Below are positions 1 through 11,930 of a stretch of 64,000 nucleotides of DNA, piece after piece. The notes below the pieces were generated by a model. That model saw only the letters and a list, made by a program, of their open reading frames with translations. It had not been told where the DNA came from and did not search any database. Numbering within the stretch: the first letter of the stretch is position 1; each line of letters begins with the position of its first letter. The translations under genes and the position numbers were made by a program. This stretch comes from Tricharina praecox. Its lineage: Eukaryota. The DNA is taken from NCBI RefSeq assembly GCF_024521635.1, contig NW_026250409.1:310001-374000 (forward strand). Reading direction: 5' to 3'.

Positions 1-34
1 TTGTTATGTTTGCTGGTAGATACCTGTGAAGGGG

Positions 35-297
35 AAAGGGGAAAGATGAAGATTCGGTACGAACGGGGAAGATGGAGATATAGTACGAACGGGGAAGATG
101 AAGATACCGTGGGAACGGGAAATATGAAGATTTAGTATGAACGGGGAAGATGAAGATTCAGTACGAACGGGGAAGATGAAGATTCAGAGATGAAGATTCA
201 GAGATGAAGATACCATAGGAACAGTAAAGCCGAAGATTCAGTATGAGCCGGGAAAGATGAAGAAACAGCAGAAGCGGGGGCAAGATGAAGCATATAT
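35..297. repeat. ~26-bp minisatellite (GAACGGGGAAGATGAAGATTCAGTAC-like), ~9 degenerate units
   Basis: Units read directly at ~61, 87, 113, 139 and 165, plus truncated or decayed units. Confidence 0.9.
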
Positions 298-3200
298 AAT
301 CATGAACAGTCTGGCTTTTTCCTGTTGACTGCAGCGGGGCCGAAGTATATCGCAGGATCGATCCAGAACCTTGAGCATATTCGTAGCTGTTAGTCGGAGG
401 GGGGGAGGCATCAGCCTTCACGATCTCGAATGCACCATCTGGAGAAGTTTTTTCTGCGCATGTGCTTCCTCTTCGGCTTTGAAGAACTGTAAATGTGGGT
501 TTTTAACTTAAGGCTTCCTAAGGCTTCTTGTCTCTTCGAACTCGCCGGATCGTGGAGAGGCATCATGGTTAATCATTCGCACTGTGAGTTCTATGGCGAC
601 GGTCTGGATCCACGATTAAGCACTATTGTCACTGTCGAGCAGAATTTGCATATGCTCTCGATGGTCAGGTGCAAGCAAGCCAGCGAAAAACTAGATATAC
701 GGAATGTATGAACCGCAAAGATCTTCGAGCCGAAAAATTGACGTCCGATGGAATTGGAACACATGACACCGCCGACTCCACCACTACCACTGCCATAGCT
801 AACTATCCCACAAGCACTCCATTCTTGCGGCGACGTTTAAGGTCCTCTAGACTCTAGCGGGCCGACGCCGTGTAGTGCCTATTTAAGGACGACGTTGGAC
901 TCTGGAGGCCCTGCACACGCAGCAACCGTCCCGAGATCCGATCGGACTTTGGCCTAAGTACACTCACCATGCGCCCAAGCGCTCATGGACAGTGTACAGT
1001 GCACAGGGCTGTCGCTCAGCCCTGCAGCCCTGCAGGCTGCAGCGATGGAGCGCTTGCTGGGCGTCTATGTACTGTATGTACTCTACATACCGGTAGTAGC
1101 GCTTCTCTCCACTACGCCGATACCAACGACGGCTGGGCTGGGTAGAGAAAGCTCAGTTGGAAGTGATTACATAGCCTTCGCATAGCCTGCGCATGTGGCG
1201 AGGTGAGATTAAGGGATGGAAGGGAATCGATATTACATACAGGCGCTTGCTTTGATTTTTACATATGCAAGAGCTTAGAGGTCTCGTCGTTTCGTTTCGT
1301 TTCGTTGGCTGTGGATGATGCATCGGAGTGGTGTAAAATGACGGTTCGCAATGTTGGGATGCCCCCAGCTTGTTTTGGCGCCGGCGCTCAGGTGTCCTGG
1401 CCAATGATCGGACCAGTCGCCTTGTTGTTTATTCCCTGGACGTTGTGTTCACTGTCACGAGGCCGGCACTATTGATTACTATTGGTATGTATCATTCACT
1501 GGGAGCTGCGCATATACTTGCTTACCCAGCAACGTTGCTGGAGTTAAGTTTCGTCCGCTGCTGAAACTGGATCAGAAGATATCATCCCTAGGTACATACT
1601 CGCAACACCGATGTATATTTTCTATCGAATTATCTAGAGTAATTTTTGAGTTTGGAGCTCCGTTTCTGGGAAGCGGAGATGATCCTCATCCAGCGGAAAA
1701 TTGATATCGGCGACGTAAGTACTCTACTTAACGGTCGGTGACATTCCGTCACGTTCGCACCCAGCACACTCAGTATTTCGCTTTCTCGCCCCAGTCCTTT
1801 CGGTACTTACTTAGCCAGCCTTTAGGCTTTACCCCAGATGCAGATCAGATAAGGCGTATTCAAGAGCTTGGATGGATACGTGGTATGAAGTAAGTGCCCA
1901 CTGGGCGCTCAGCAGACCGACGTCGGCGATGAAAATTGTTTTCTCCTGGACTCATTGACATTGACATTGACATTGAAAATTTGACATTTACACATTTATA
2001 CATTTACACATTTATACACTACATAGTACTCTATATAGAGTTCCACGGAGTCTCCACATGTGTCAAAACTCAAACTACAATACATATTGCCTTTGCTTCG
2101 CAGGCTATCTTCTAGACTATACATAGCACATATCTTAGGCTCGAGGCCAATCACCCAACCCCACGAAAGCCTATGGAGTCTGGACGCCGTGTCCACCCCT
2201 CTCCGGGTTGATACATAACCTACTGAACGAACCGATCCGGACCGTTCTCGCCTGCCCCATGGTCGACCTCCACGGCGAAAGTTAGAGTTGGATTACCCCG
2301 GGGGGGGAGGTGTTTAACTTCTACTTCGCTGGCTACTCAGACTACTCTCTACCGACTTAAGGCAACATATGCCTGCTCCTGTTCGGTTTCGTCTGGTATT
2401 CTGGGATTCTGGGGCAGGAAGTCGAATTGAATTCACACAGGAAATGCTGGTGATTTTCTTCTTGAGTCTAAATTAGAGTCTTCTCATGAGTGCCATTCAT
2501 CACGGATTATGTACATACCACAAGCGTAAATGGCTGATGTGAAGTATGTAGGCAGCTGATCGTCTCGGCGAACAGTCTGCAGCGGCGGAGGACCTAGCTT
2601 GGCTTTCGTTTGCGATCCCTTGACAATTACGAGCTACGAGTCTAGGCTCCAACCGAGCTGAAGAAACTCTGGTAGGCATGCAGAAGTTAGCAGTGCGAAT
2701 GCTAAGGGCCTCCAAAGCAAAAGGGAAGGGAAGGTAAGTAAGTGCAACATCCCAGACTTCGCAAAGCCGTTTGAGGGAATGACATTTAGTTCCTGGAGTA
2801 AAGTGCGAGTGATGGACCGTGGGCGTAGGTATCAACTCTTTCGTGCGTACCAACACCGAAAACACGATCACCAGGCTAACTACGTACAGACAGACAGACC
2901 CCAAAAAGAGTGATGGTTCAAAATCGTGATCAATTCAAGAAAAAGTCTAAGATAGATGATGATATAAGGTGATGATCTGGTGAGGACTAGGTAGTGACAA
3001 CATAGACAGATAAACGTTGGATGACCGCACCGGGTCTAGATCAGGTCCCGCCTCCACAACACATAGGTCCCAATAAGGTCTCCTCTCTTCGGCGCTCACC
3101 GATGACACCAAGCCACCTCTGCCTCCACGCCCCCCAGTACCGTATTAGCAGAAGCTAAAAGTCATGTCTGTACGAATCGGCACGACGGACTATTACTACG

Positions 3201-3426
3201 GTATTCTCCACATCCGCTGGGTACTCCCGTACCTATCTTCGCCTTCAGCTCACCTAACCCGTCCTGCAGTCATTCCTCGTCATCATTCTTTCGATTCTTT
3301 TCCGTCCAGGGAAGGGGATTTGGTCGATCTTTACAGTATCTACGGAAAACTCAGTTGACGATAGACCTTCACCATGTGGCGGGGGCTCTCCCAGGAGTAA
3401 CTACGAATCCCCTACCCTCACTTTCG

Positions 3427-3468
3427 AAACCCAGAGAGCGAAACCCAGAGAGCGAAACCCAGAGAGAA
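3427..3468. repeat. 14-bp tandem repeat GAAACCCAGAGAGC x3
   Basis: Directly visible. Confidence 0.85.
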
Positions 3469-4503
3469 GAACCCAGATGTAGCCCTGCTGTCGTAAAACC
3501 AACGTACTACTTGCGTACGCGGCTCGCCCCTGAGATCGTTGGAACTGCGTTGCAGACACACGTGCATGCAGGGCTCAACACACGGTCATTGGTCATATAC
3601 GGTACTGTATACCATCACATTGCCAGTGTGGCCGGTCAAAAGGTGGTTGCAAATAGCTCTCCATCCATGGGCACTGCTAGCTTGGAGTCGTAAGTGTAAG
3701 AAGCAATTCCCCGACCTCCGGGTCTTCAGCTGCTTAATTTGGAATATGTACGTACGGTAACATTTGACACAGAGGATCACAACTACCTAGTCTTTGACCA
3801 TTATCATGGGCTGCTCATCTTGAATACGGTTAACGTGCCTCGCGGTGTCAAGCTCGGGGCCCGTGGCTTGCCTTCCATACAAGTAGGGTACGGGGCTGGC
3901 AACCGTGTGTGGCTTAGGCGTGGCACTGTGGCAGTGCCGTGGTCAGTGGCCGCATCACCGTTGATCTGGATTTGGGATTTTGACTCTCATCGCACGATGC
4001 TTGGCTCCGTACGCAACACGAGTCTCGTCTGGCGCTGGGCAAAAGCTTGAAAGGTGGACACCCAACTGTGTGTGTGCAAACAGACTGACTCAGCAATCTA
4101 TGCACCGGACGACATCCGGTAGCGAGCTGGTAGGCGGGGATCAGCGACGGAGCCTGTACCGCCGCTAAGGCGTTCGAAAGCTTGAAATGGGAAGTGACGC
4201 GTGTCCAGGATTCGACATCCGATTCGGCTTGGCCACTTTGGAACACCCCATCCACTCGCTGCGAGCCATTACATTCTTTCCAGCCTTTCAGGTTTCACAG
4301 CGGTGAAGGGGGCAAAGAAAAAAGGGAGCATCTTAAAGGCTTTCTCTTCTCTCTATATAGCACTCTGGAATCCTCCCCCTTGACCTTCCTCTTCCACATA
4401 CTTGTTCCCCCGGTCGCCGTGCTCTCATTGTTCTCTTCAGCCTATTGAACTGCCCGCATCGCCCCCTAAATCGAAGAAAGCGACATCAACAGTACTGCGC
4501 ACA

Positions 4504-5725
4504 ATGGCTCTCGTTGGCCGCCGCTTCTATGCTCGGCTCTTCATCATCTACTTCCTCGACTGGCTGGTGATTATGTATTTACCCACTGATGTCTTACATA
4601 CTTCGAACAGCTCTAATACCCGAGTTATAGAGCGACCGTAGCGTTTGCCGCTTCAACGTCGATATGGGTGACGCCGAATACGCGACCCTTCAGCGCTACC
4701 GACCTTTCGATCTCCTTCCCTTTTCAAACCAATTCCAAGGTTCCAAGCTGGCTGCTCGTCCTGTGGTCGATCATCATCCCCGGTCTGGCGATCGCCTTCC
4801 TCACCCTGGCGATGCCATCGAGCACGGAGTCGTATAAGCGGTCCTTCCGCTCGGCTACCGGCTGGAAGCGCCGTCTATATTGCCTCAACACGGCGCTGCT
4901 CGGATTGGGACTTTCATATGCCACCGCGCTGCTGATCACGAACGGGCTCAAGAACCTTCTCGGTCGCCCAAGACCGGACCTGATTAGCCGCTGCGACATC
5001 GACACGGCTAGGATCGAGGATTTCACGATCGGTCCAGGTAGCCTGTTGGACTGGAGGGTTTGCAAGAACCGTGCTGTTAGCGGTGTTTCGAACGCACTGA
5101 GCGAGAGCGATGTGCGCGATGGATTCCGCAGTTTCCCCAGTGGCCACGCGAGCTGTATGTCTCATCCGAACCTGTCTTCCCGTTGAGTAGCGCTGACAGG
5201 AACCCAGTGTCGTTCGCCGGCTTGACCTACTTCGCCATCTTCCTCGCCGAGTTCGTGTTTGCACTGCCGCTGCCACACCTTTCCAGGGTGACCGCGCCAA
5301 TCAGCGCCCCGCTTGTTGCCCCGGAAGCGACTTCATCCGCCGATTCCCATACTGCGGCCGCGCCTCCTGCTGCTCTTCCGTCTCGACGTGAAGACCGCGA
5401 GACGCCTTTACCGCGGTTCCCCATCATGGCGGCGATCTTGATTGTCGGCATCCCAATAATGATCGCCATGTACATCGCGAGCACCCGATACTCGGATTAC
5501 CGCCACCATCCGTTCGACATCTTTGGGGGCGCAGCGCTGGGAATCGCATCGGCGGTTTTGGGGTGGAGGTGGTATGGCGCGTGGACTTGCGCTTCACAGG
5601 CCGAAGGAAGGGTCTACACGTTCATGGACAAGGCGAAGGGCAACGACGATAACGAGAAGTATGATGGCACGGTGATGGCTGAGGAGGGAGGGGCTCCCAT
5701 GGGCAGGGCTGGCAGGGCGGTGTAA
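4504..5725 (+). CDS. PAP2-superfamily lipid phosphate phosphatase (Dpp1/Lpp1-like); exons 4504-4574, 4631-5154, 5208-5725
   Basis: Motifs KNLLGRPRP, PSGH and TRYSDYRHHPFD, with multiple TM segments. Two GT..AG introns join the ORF pieces in frame. Confidence 0.92.
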
Positions 5726-6966
5726 ACCACATACGACGAGATTTAGTGCGCGTGTTTGCTGCTCATCTCTCGAAGATATCACCGCGTGTTCTGTTTCCAA
5801 AACATGTTCTGACCAGAAAATCTTGAGCTGTGGAGCAGGTGTGGGGAGGGTTTTTTTTTATAATGTACTTCTTTTGATGCAGGCAAAGCATCCCTTCTGT
5901 TGCTATGCTATGGGCTCTTCCTCGACCGGTGTTGGAGGAGTTTGGGTGTCGTTCTTTATTCCTTGCTGCTATTTGAACTTTGAACTTTGATTTGCTACAT
6001 GAAAGCTCCTACCTACCTACTCTATACTTAGATCTTGAATGCTTTCCTACCTATATGCATTTACTGCACCCATAGCTGCTGCCTACATGTCTTATACGTG
6101 TCGTGGTGCTATTGAAAGCTAAGCCAACTGCCCGGCATGGAGTCCGGAGTGTGGGGTCAACACAAGCTTTCTCTGCCAAGTAGCCACGTGAGGCTTTTAT
6201 CCAGATTCCACACCGTCAAAACAGCCGACCAGTAGCAGTGCGGTGGATGCCCACGCTTACTATTGTGGATCCCCCTTCTGCTCTACGGTACTCTACTCTA
6301 AGAGTAGAGTAGAGTAGAGGGGCAGGAGGTAGGACCCAGGAGCCAGGGGAATCTAGACTGTACCCCTAGGCGGGATTCCTCCAGTCTGTGATAGGCCCTG
6401 TGTCCGTCCGCAGCGCGTGGAGTGGAGTGTGGAGTGGAGTGTGCACTTCGTATCGGGCGTCGTCTGCTACCACACATACTCGAGCACACACACTCCCACA
6501 GTAAAAGGCGCACACACTCACACACACACACGGTAAAATGCTTACGCGCATCCACATTAAGCAGGTGCTTACGTACTATCGACAACGACCAAATGAATCT
6601 GGATTCTGAACTCCAGACCTCCGTCGTATTCACCTTATCGTCACTCGCATCGCATCCTGACCTGTGCGTAAACCATGTATTTGCCCTCCACAAATATTGC
6701 CATGATCTAGATAGGTCGCACGCAATCAATGAATGAACAAAAAAAATCAAATTTGCCCTCCACAGTCGAATCAGCAATTCCACCACCGTTTCTGCCACAA
6801 TGATGTGTAGTGTGCATCGTAAGCTAGGTTTATTGATAGTAAGCTCAAAGCCTCGGTTTATACTCTATACGGCGAGCGATAGTCTCATGACGTTGGCCAA
6901 TAATCATACATCAGGAACTCATACTCTGCGTCTATAATTTCATGCCAGACCATCACACTCCCGCCC

Positions 6967-8040
6967 TCAGTACGCCCGTCCCTTCCCCTTGTCTCTCCTC
7001 CCACTTCCACTCCCACTCCCGCTCGCTTTCACCTCCATCTCCTGATCCGCACCATCGTAAGCGGTATACTCCACTCTCTTCCCGTTGTCCCTCTTCCCAC
7101 TTCCACTCGCTTCCACCTCCACCTCCACCTCCCGATCCTCATCATAAGCGGTATACTGCACGGCATACTCACACGCCACCGGTTCCGCCGGCTGCTCCTT
7201 CGGCAGCACCCTCTTCACGACCCTTCCGCCGCCGCCGATCCTCACCCCACCCACTGCCCTCTTGATCCCATGGCTCATAGCGCCCACACAGCCCGTCTGC
7301 GTAGCAACGCCCACAAACGGCAAGCCGAGCAAAAACACCAGGAACGGCTGTATGCCGTCAACGTTGTATTGCAGCAGGACTTCGAATCCGGAGTCGCGAG
7401 AGGTAGCGGCAGCGGCAGCAGGTGTTGTGTGTGTTGCGGGTGTTGAGTGTGTTCCCGGGAGCTGCTCGGCCACAGCTGCGTGCAGGTCCGCCGTCGATAG
7501 GGACCACTGCGGCCGCAGCACGAGGCCGTCCCCACCGCCGCCGGAGACAGAGTCCCCTCCCACGCCGGCGTCGGACGGGATGCTCAGCGAGTCTGGAAGC
7601 GAGGAGTCGAGGAACGACGAGGAGCTTGTGGTGCTCAGGATCGATGGCGGCGAGAAGTACGCTGTTGTTGTGGGCTCGGGGAAGTTGACGTGCCGCGTGT
7701 GGGAGTGGGAGGTCGTGGGGGAGGTCATCGATACGACGGCCGGCTGGGCGTGGGATTGGTTGGTTATGAAGGCGGGCGTGCGGCGGGGCATGGGGTCTGC
7801 GGCTTGAGCTGGGCGTGGGTGGGGGTGGTGCGGTGAGAGGGAGCGTGATCGTGATCGTGATGAGCTCAGACGCTGCTCGAAGAGCTCGGTGGTGGTGCGG
7901 GAGAGCCGCGGGGCCGGATCGGTCACGGCGTCTTCGGCAAGACTCTTCTTCGAGAGGCGGCGGCGGAGCCAGCCCGCGAAGCCTGTCGGAGGTGAGGGAG
8001 GAGGCGGGAAGGGGAGGAGGTCGTAGATCGGGGCAACCAT
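6967..8040 (-). CDS. Hypothetical protein, 357 aa, Pro/Ser-rich with one hydrophobic segment and a duplicated C-terminal motif
   Basis: Long ATG-initiated GC-rich ORF. No family recognised. Confidence 0.6.
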   Translation of the reverse strand: MVAPIYDLLPFPPPPSPPTGFAGWLRRRLSKKSLAEDAVTDPAPRLSRTTTELFEQRLSSSRSRSRSLSPHHPHPRPAQAADPMPRRTPAFITNQSHAQPAVVSMTSPTTSHSHTRHVNFPEPTTTAYFSPPSILSTTSSSSFLDSSLPDSLSIPSDAGVGGDSVSGGGGDGLVLRPQWSLSTADLHAAVAEQLPGTHSTPATHTTPAAAAATSRDSGFEVLLQYNVDGIQPFLVFLLGLPFVGVATQTGCVGAMSHGIKRAVGGVRIGGGGRVVKRVLPKEQPAEPVACEYAVQYTAYDEDREVEVEVEASGSGKRDNGKRVEYTAYDGADQEMEVKASGSGSGSGRRDKGKGRAY

Positions 8041-8527
8041 TGAGATAGCTGATCGTCCGTCCGTAAACGTACTGAGTGGTGATGTGGCTGCGGTGATTGG
8101 GGTGAAGGGTCGTATTTGGGCACAATGTATCTAATGGGCGGGATCGAGTGGAGCATTTCCTTCCCCGTCTCCGCACCTACCGCTCCCGGTCATGTACATC
8201 GACCAAACCGGTCAATCGGCCAAACATGGCAGACCTTGGACGATACCCAATTTGGCCCGTTGGGGTGTTGGGACATCCCGGGGTAGAAAACACCGAGTTG
8301 CAGATTTCCAGATTACAGAAGTGCCATCGATCTTTTGATTGACTTGCCTCCAGTTATCAGATTCGGCCAGACTCAATAAGAGTTGCAGCATAACGCTGCA
8401 ATTCACGCTCCCTCACTCTTGCCCAAAATTGAGCCGCTCCCCACCTACTTCTTCAAATTACTTCTGTTCTCCCACTCTTCTTCTTCTTCATACCACCACA
8501 CCTTTAGTCTTCTGCTTCAAGAAACTC

Positions 8528-8780
8528 CCACTCTTCCACTCTTCGTCTTCAAGATACCTCAACTCCTCCACTCTTCGCTGTCAAGATACCTCGACCCCTC
8601 CGCCCCTCGTCAGAGTATCTCCGCTCCACCACTCTTCGTCGAAGATACCTCGACCCCTCCAGTCTTCGCTTTCAAGATACCTCGACCCCTCCGCTCCTCG
8701 TCAGAGTATCTCCGCTCCACCACTCTTCGTCCAAGATACCTCGACCCCCCACTCTTCGTCCAAGTACCTCCGCTCCCTCC
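8528..8780. repeat. ~30-bp minisatellite (CCACTCTTCGTCNAAGATACCTCGACCCCT-like) with a ~90-bp higher-order unit
   Basis: AAGATACCTC recurs five times. A three-monomer block (~8568-8658) is duplicated at ~8659-8748. Confidence 0.9.
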
Positions 8781-8876
8781 ACCACCACCACCCCACGCAC
8801 AATCCACCACGCAACCAACTCATCTCTATTCCTCGGAAACAACTGCATCATCTTTTTGCATAACTACAGCGACACA

Positions 8877-10618
8877 ATGCGCAATACTCACATCGCCAAT
8901 CTGAAAGTAACCCGATGGGGTTCAACAAAAGGTAAGAAAGGGATCCTCCCGTCTCACCAGGCATGCAAACTGACGGAAATAGTAGAGGAAGTCAAGCAAA
9001 TCACCCTCCAAGAATTGTTCGTTGGTCGTGATCCCAAGTCCGACATCGTCATCCCCGAGCGTACCTGCTCCTACCGCCATTTATACTTCTACGTCTCCTC
9101 CTTCGACGACAGTAGGGAACATCCGGGCCCACTCGTCTACTGTGAAGATCTCAACAGTACGAACGGTACATACGTCAATGGGAGAGTCATCAAAAGGGGC
9201 CAGAGCGTGTTGCTCTTCCACGGTGATAAAATCGAGATCAAGGAAGCTGCAACATTCGAATTTCAGAATTTATACTACGAGGGAAACCCCCTGGACGATC
9301 TGACTGCTAGAGGGCAAAGATATTTTGCCCATGGGTTCGAGATTACCACTAGAATCTTGGGAAAGGGAGCCTTCGGTAGAGTGCACCTAGCCTATGATCA
9401 CCAGACTTGTGATCAGGTGGTCTGCAAAATCGTCAACATGGACAGAAACGCAACGGGCGCCCGCACTTCGGCTACAGATGATATGCGTTGGGACGTTGCA
9501 ATGAAAGAAGCCAAAGTTCTAACTTCAATGAACCATCCGAATATCATAAACGTCAGAGGCGTTTGCACAACGGACGATCGGATCTACATCTTCCAGGATC
9601 TGGCATCGCACGGAGATCTGTTCAATTTTATGGAGAAGAAGGGAACTTTCAGGGAAGTGGAAATGCTTCCAATCATCTGGCAGATTTTGCTGGCCCTAGA
9701 GCACATGCACTCGAAAGGGATAGTCCATAGAGACTTAAAGGTACGTTTACACACCTGGCTATCTTATTGAAAGGTATTTCGCCCACTGACGCACCATCAG
9801 CCCGAAAACATCCTCTGTTGCACTCGGAAGATCGGTGGAAGGATCGTCTTGGCCGACTTTGGCCTGGCTGAGTACTTGGGACCAGCCGGGCGGTTGACTA
9901 GTTGTGTTGGGACCCATGAATACATGGCCCCGTAAGTCCATGATTCCATCCACTTGTACTGTCTTCGTGATTTCTGACGCATTTGATCAGAGAGGTGTAT
10001 CTTCCCGGAAAGTCGGGATATGGCAAGGAAGTGGATCTTTGGGCCCTTGGGGTCATTGTCCACAACATGTTTCTTTCCGGCAGACCTTCTAATGGTCTCC
10101 GGGAGAGCATGGGCCATCATCTCCGTCGTGGCGAACTCGGGAGATTTGACGAGATCCCGATGAGCCACAAGGCCCTTGATTTTATCAGGGGCCTTCTCTG
10201 CATCGATCCTCGGGAGCGGATGACGGTACGGGAGGCTATGGAGCACCCGTGGCTCAATAGACACGGGAGAGAGCTCCGTGCGCTTTACCAACGGGCAACC
10301 CAGAACTGGGCCCCTAGGGACTATTTAGTCCCTGTTTGGAAAGTTGACGCCCCGAGAGTCCTGGACGCCCCGAGGACTTTGTTAGAGGATGGAGAAGATT
10401 GGGCCTCGGAATATACGAGGGACGAAGAAGATCGGGCCCCAGGGTATAGGGAGGACCACGGTCCATCCCCCAAGACTGCAGCCCCACCCACTGGCATCCC
10501 CCGAATTGATGGGGCCCCAAGGGAGCAGATGTTGCCGGGCCGAGACGAGGCCAGCAGAAAGAGAAAGCGTTCAGGCGAAGATCCAGAGGACCGGAAACCT
10601 GCCCGGCTAAAATACTAG
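8877..10618 (+). CDS. mek1: FHA-domain Ser/Thr kinase, Mek1-like (Chk2/Rad53 family); probable introns 8932-8982/8985, 9741-9800, 9932-9990
   Basis: FHA motifs VGRDP, SYRH and STNGTYVNG. Kinase motifs GKGAFG, CK, HRDLK|PEN, DFG, AP|E and DLWALG. The Mek1 versus Dun1/Chk2 assignment is from recollection of family sequences. Confidence 0.8.
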
Positions 10619-10994
10619 CTGGGTCAACGCGGGAAAGAGGGGGGTACGACATTTAGAGCAGATTGTTTTTTCTTTTTTCTTTTTTCTTTTTTTCCTTCAG
10701 ACTATTAATTCTACTTGAGTTTTGACGGGCCTTTACTCTTGAGCGTGCACTTTACTAGTATCTACTAGACGGTGTTCGTACTTTTGTCCAATTTCATAAA
10801 TCTGCTGGTATTTTCGCATATGACCCATAGTGTATCACTCGGTACAAAAGCTGGCCATTGGATTCGACATAGGTGTCCAGCCATCTCAAGATGACTCCAA
10901 ATCTTCCATAACATGTCAATAATCTCTTGATAACCTCACTTGCCCTCTTAAGTCTAGAATCCAGCTTTTCACTGGCACATAAAACACCTTGAAA

Positions 10995-11930
10995 ATGGCA
11001 GACGAACCTTCAGAAAAAAAAGTTTCACCCTCGTCGGGCTCCCGCGATTCCTCAGAATCAAGTGGTTCGCCTCCTGCTTGGCTTTTTACACACTCCAGCC
11101 CCTCCATACCCCCGTCACACTCCACCCTCTCTGCAAGCTCCAACATGGTATCCTCCGCCAACCTCGCCTTCCACCCGGGCGGCAGCTCCAGCCTCAACGA
11201 CGCGCACGTCCCCGGCTCCGACTGGGGCGTGTACTCGCAGCCATCTCTATCCACAGACCCGAGCGGGGACCAGATCCGCGGGGTGCTCGTGCGGCTCTCG
11301 GCGGCGGTGGAGCGCACCACGCCGCTGATCCTGCGCGCGACGTACCTGCACGGCTGCCTATCGTCGGTCACGCGGCTGGCGCGGAACCGCAGCCCGACGC
11401 AGCCGGACCAGGTCCCGCTCGAAGATCCGAAGGTCCTGCTCCCCGGCGTGTACAGGGAGACGCGCCGGCTGTTGGGCGCGCTCCGCGCCGTAAGCCGGGA
11501 GATGAAGGCGCTGCATAGAGAGTGGGGGTTGATGCATTTGCTCGGCGTGTTCGATACGGTCTATGGTGTCAAGCTCAGCTATGCGCTGGTGCAGGGCGGC
11601 GTGGATGCGTTGTCGGTGAGGACGGAGGGGGAGCGCAGGAAGGGCCTAAATAGGCAGGGCACCAGGTGGCTAGGGGAGTGGGAGGCTAATGCGTGCAGGC
11701 TGGCGGAGGCCGAGGCGACGTTGACGCTGACGCTGGGATGGGCGGGCGCGGAGCTGCGCAGGCTCGAGAAGTATGTGGTTGTTTTTCCTGGTCCCGAGAG
11801 GAGGTGGGAGTGGCGGGATCAGACGGAAGGGCAGGGGCAGAGAGGCGCTCGGTATCTCCATGATGCGGAGAGGGATCCGGATTTTGAGCTGACGGAAAAC
11901 GAGGGAAAGCCGGAATTTGAGGTAGGGTGA
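10995..11930 (+). CDS. Hypothetical intronless protein, ~311 aa (alternative start ~11146)
   Basis: Long ORF with coding-like composition: Ser-rich N-terminus and helical-looking core. Confidence 0.6.
   Translation: MADEPSEKKVSPSSGSRDSSESSGSPPAWLFTHSSPSIPPSHSTLSASSNMVSSANLAFHPGGSSSLNDAHVPGSDWGVYSQPSLSTDPSGDQIRGVLVRLSAAVERTTPLILRATYLHGCLSSVTRLARNRSPTQPDQVPLEDPKVLLPGVYRETRRLLGALRAVSREMKALHREWGLMHLLGVFDTVYGVKLSYALVQGGVDALSVRTEGERRKGLNRQGTRWLGEWEANACRLAEAEATLTLTLGWAGAELRRLEKYVVVFPGPERRWEWRDQTEGQGQRGARYLHDAERDPDFELTENEGKPEFEVG

Noticed and set aside
300..4400. Short ORFs in the left intergenic region, and similar ones at 28.2-30.4, 34.2-35.1 and 59-62 kb
   Set aside because: No recognisable domains, coding bias or consistent splice structure. 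No transposase, RT or integrase remnants recognised.
35..8780. CRISPR-like reading of the 26-bp and 30-bp repeat arrays
   Set aside because: Units are contiguous and degenerate with no unique spacers, there are no cas genes, and the context is eukaryotic.
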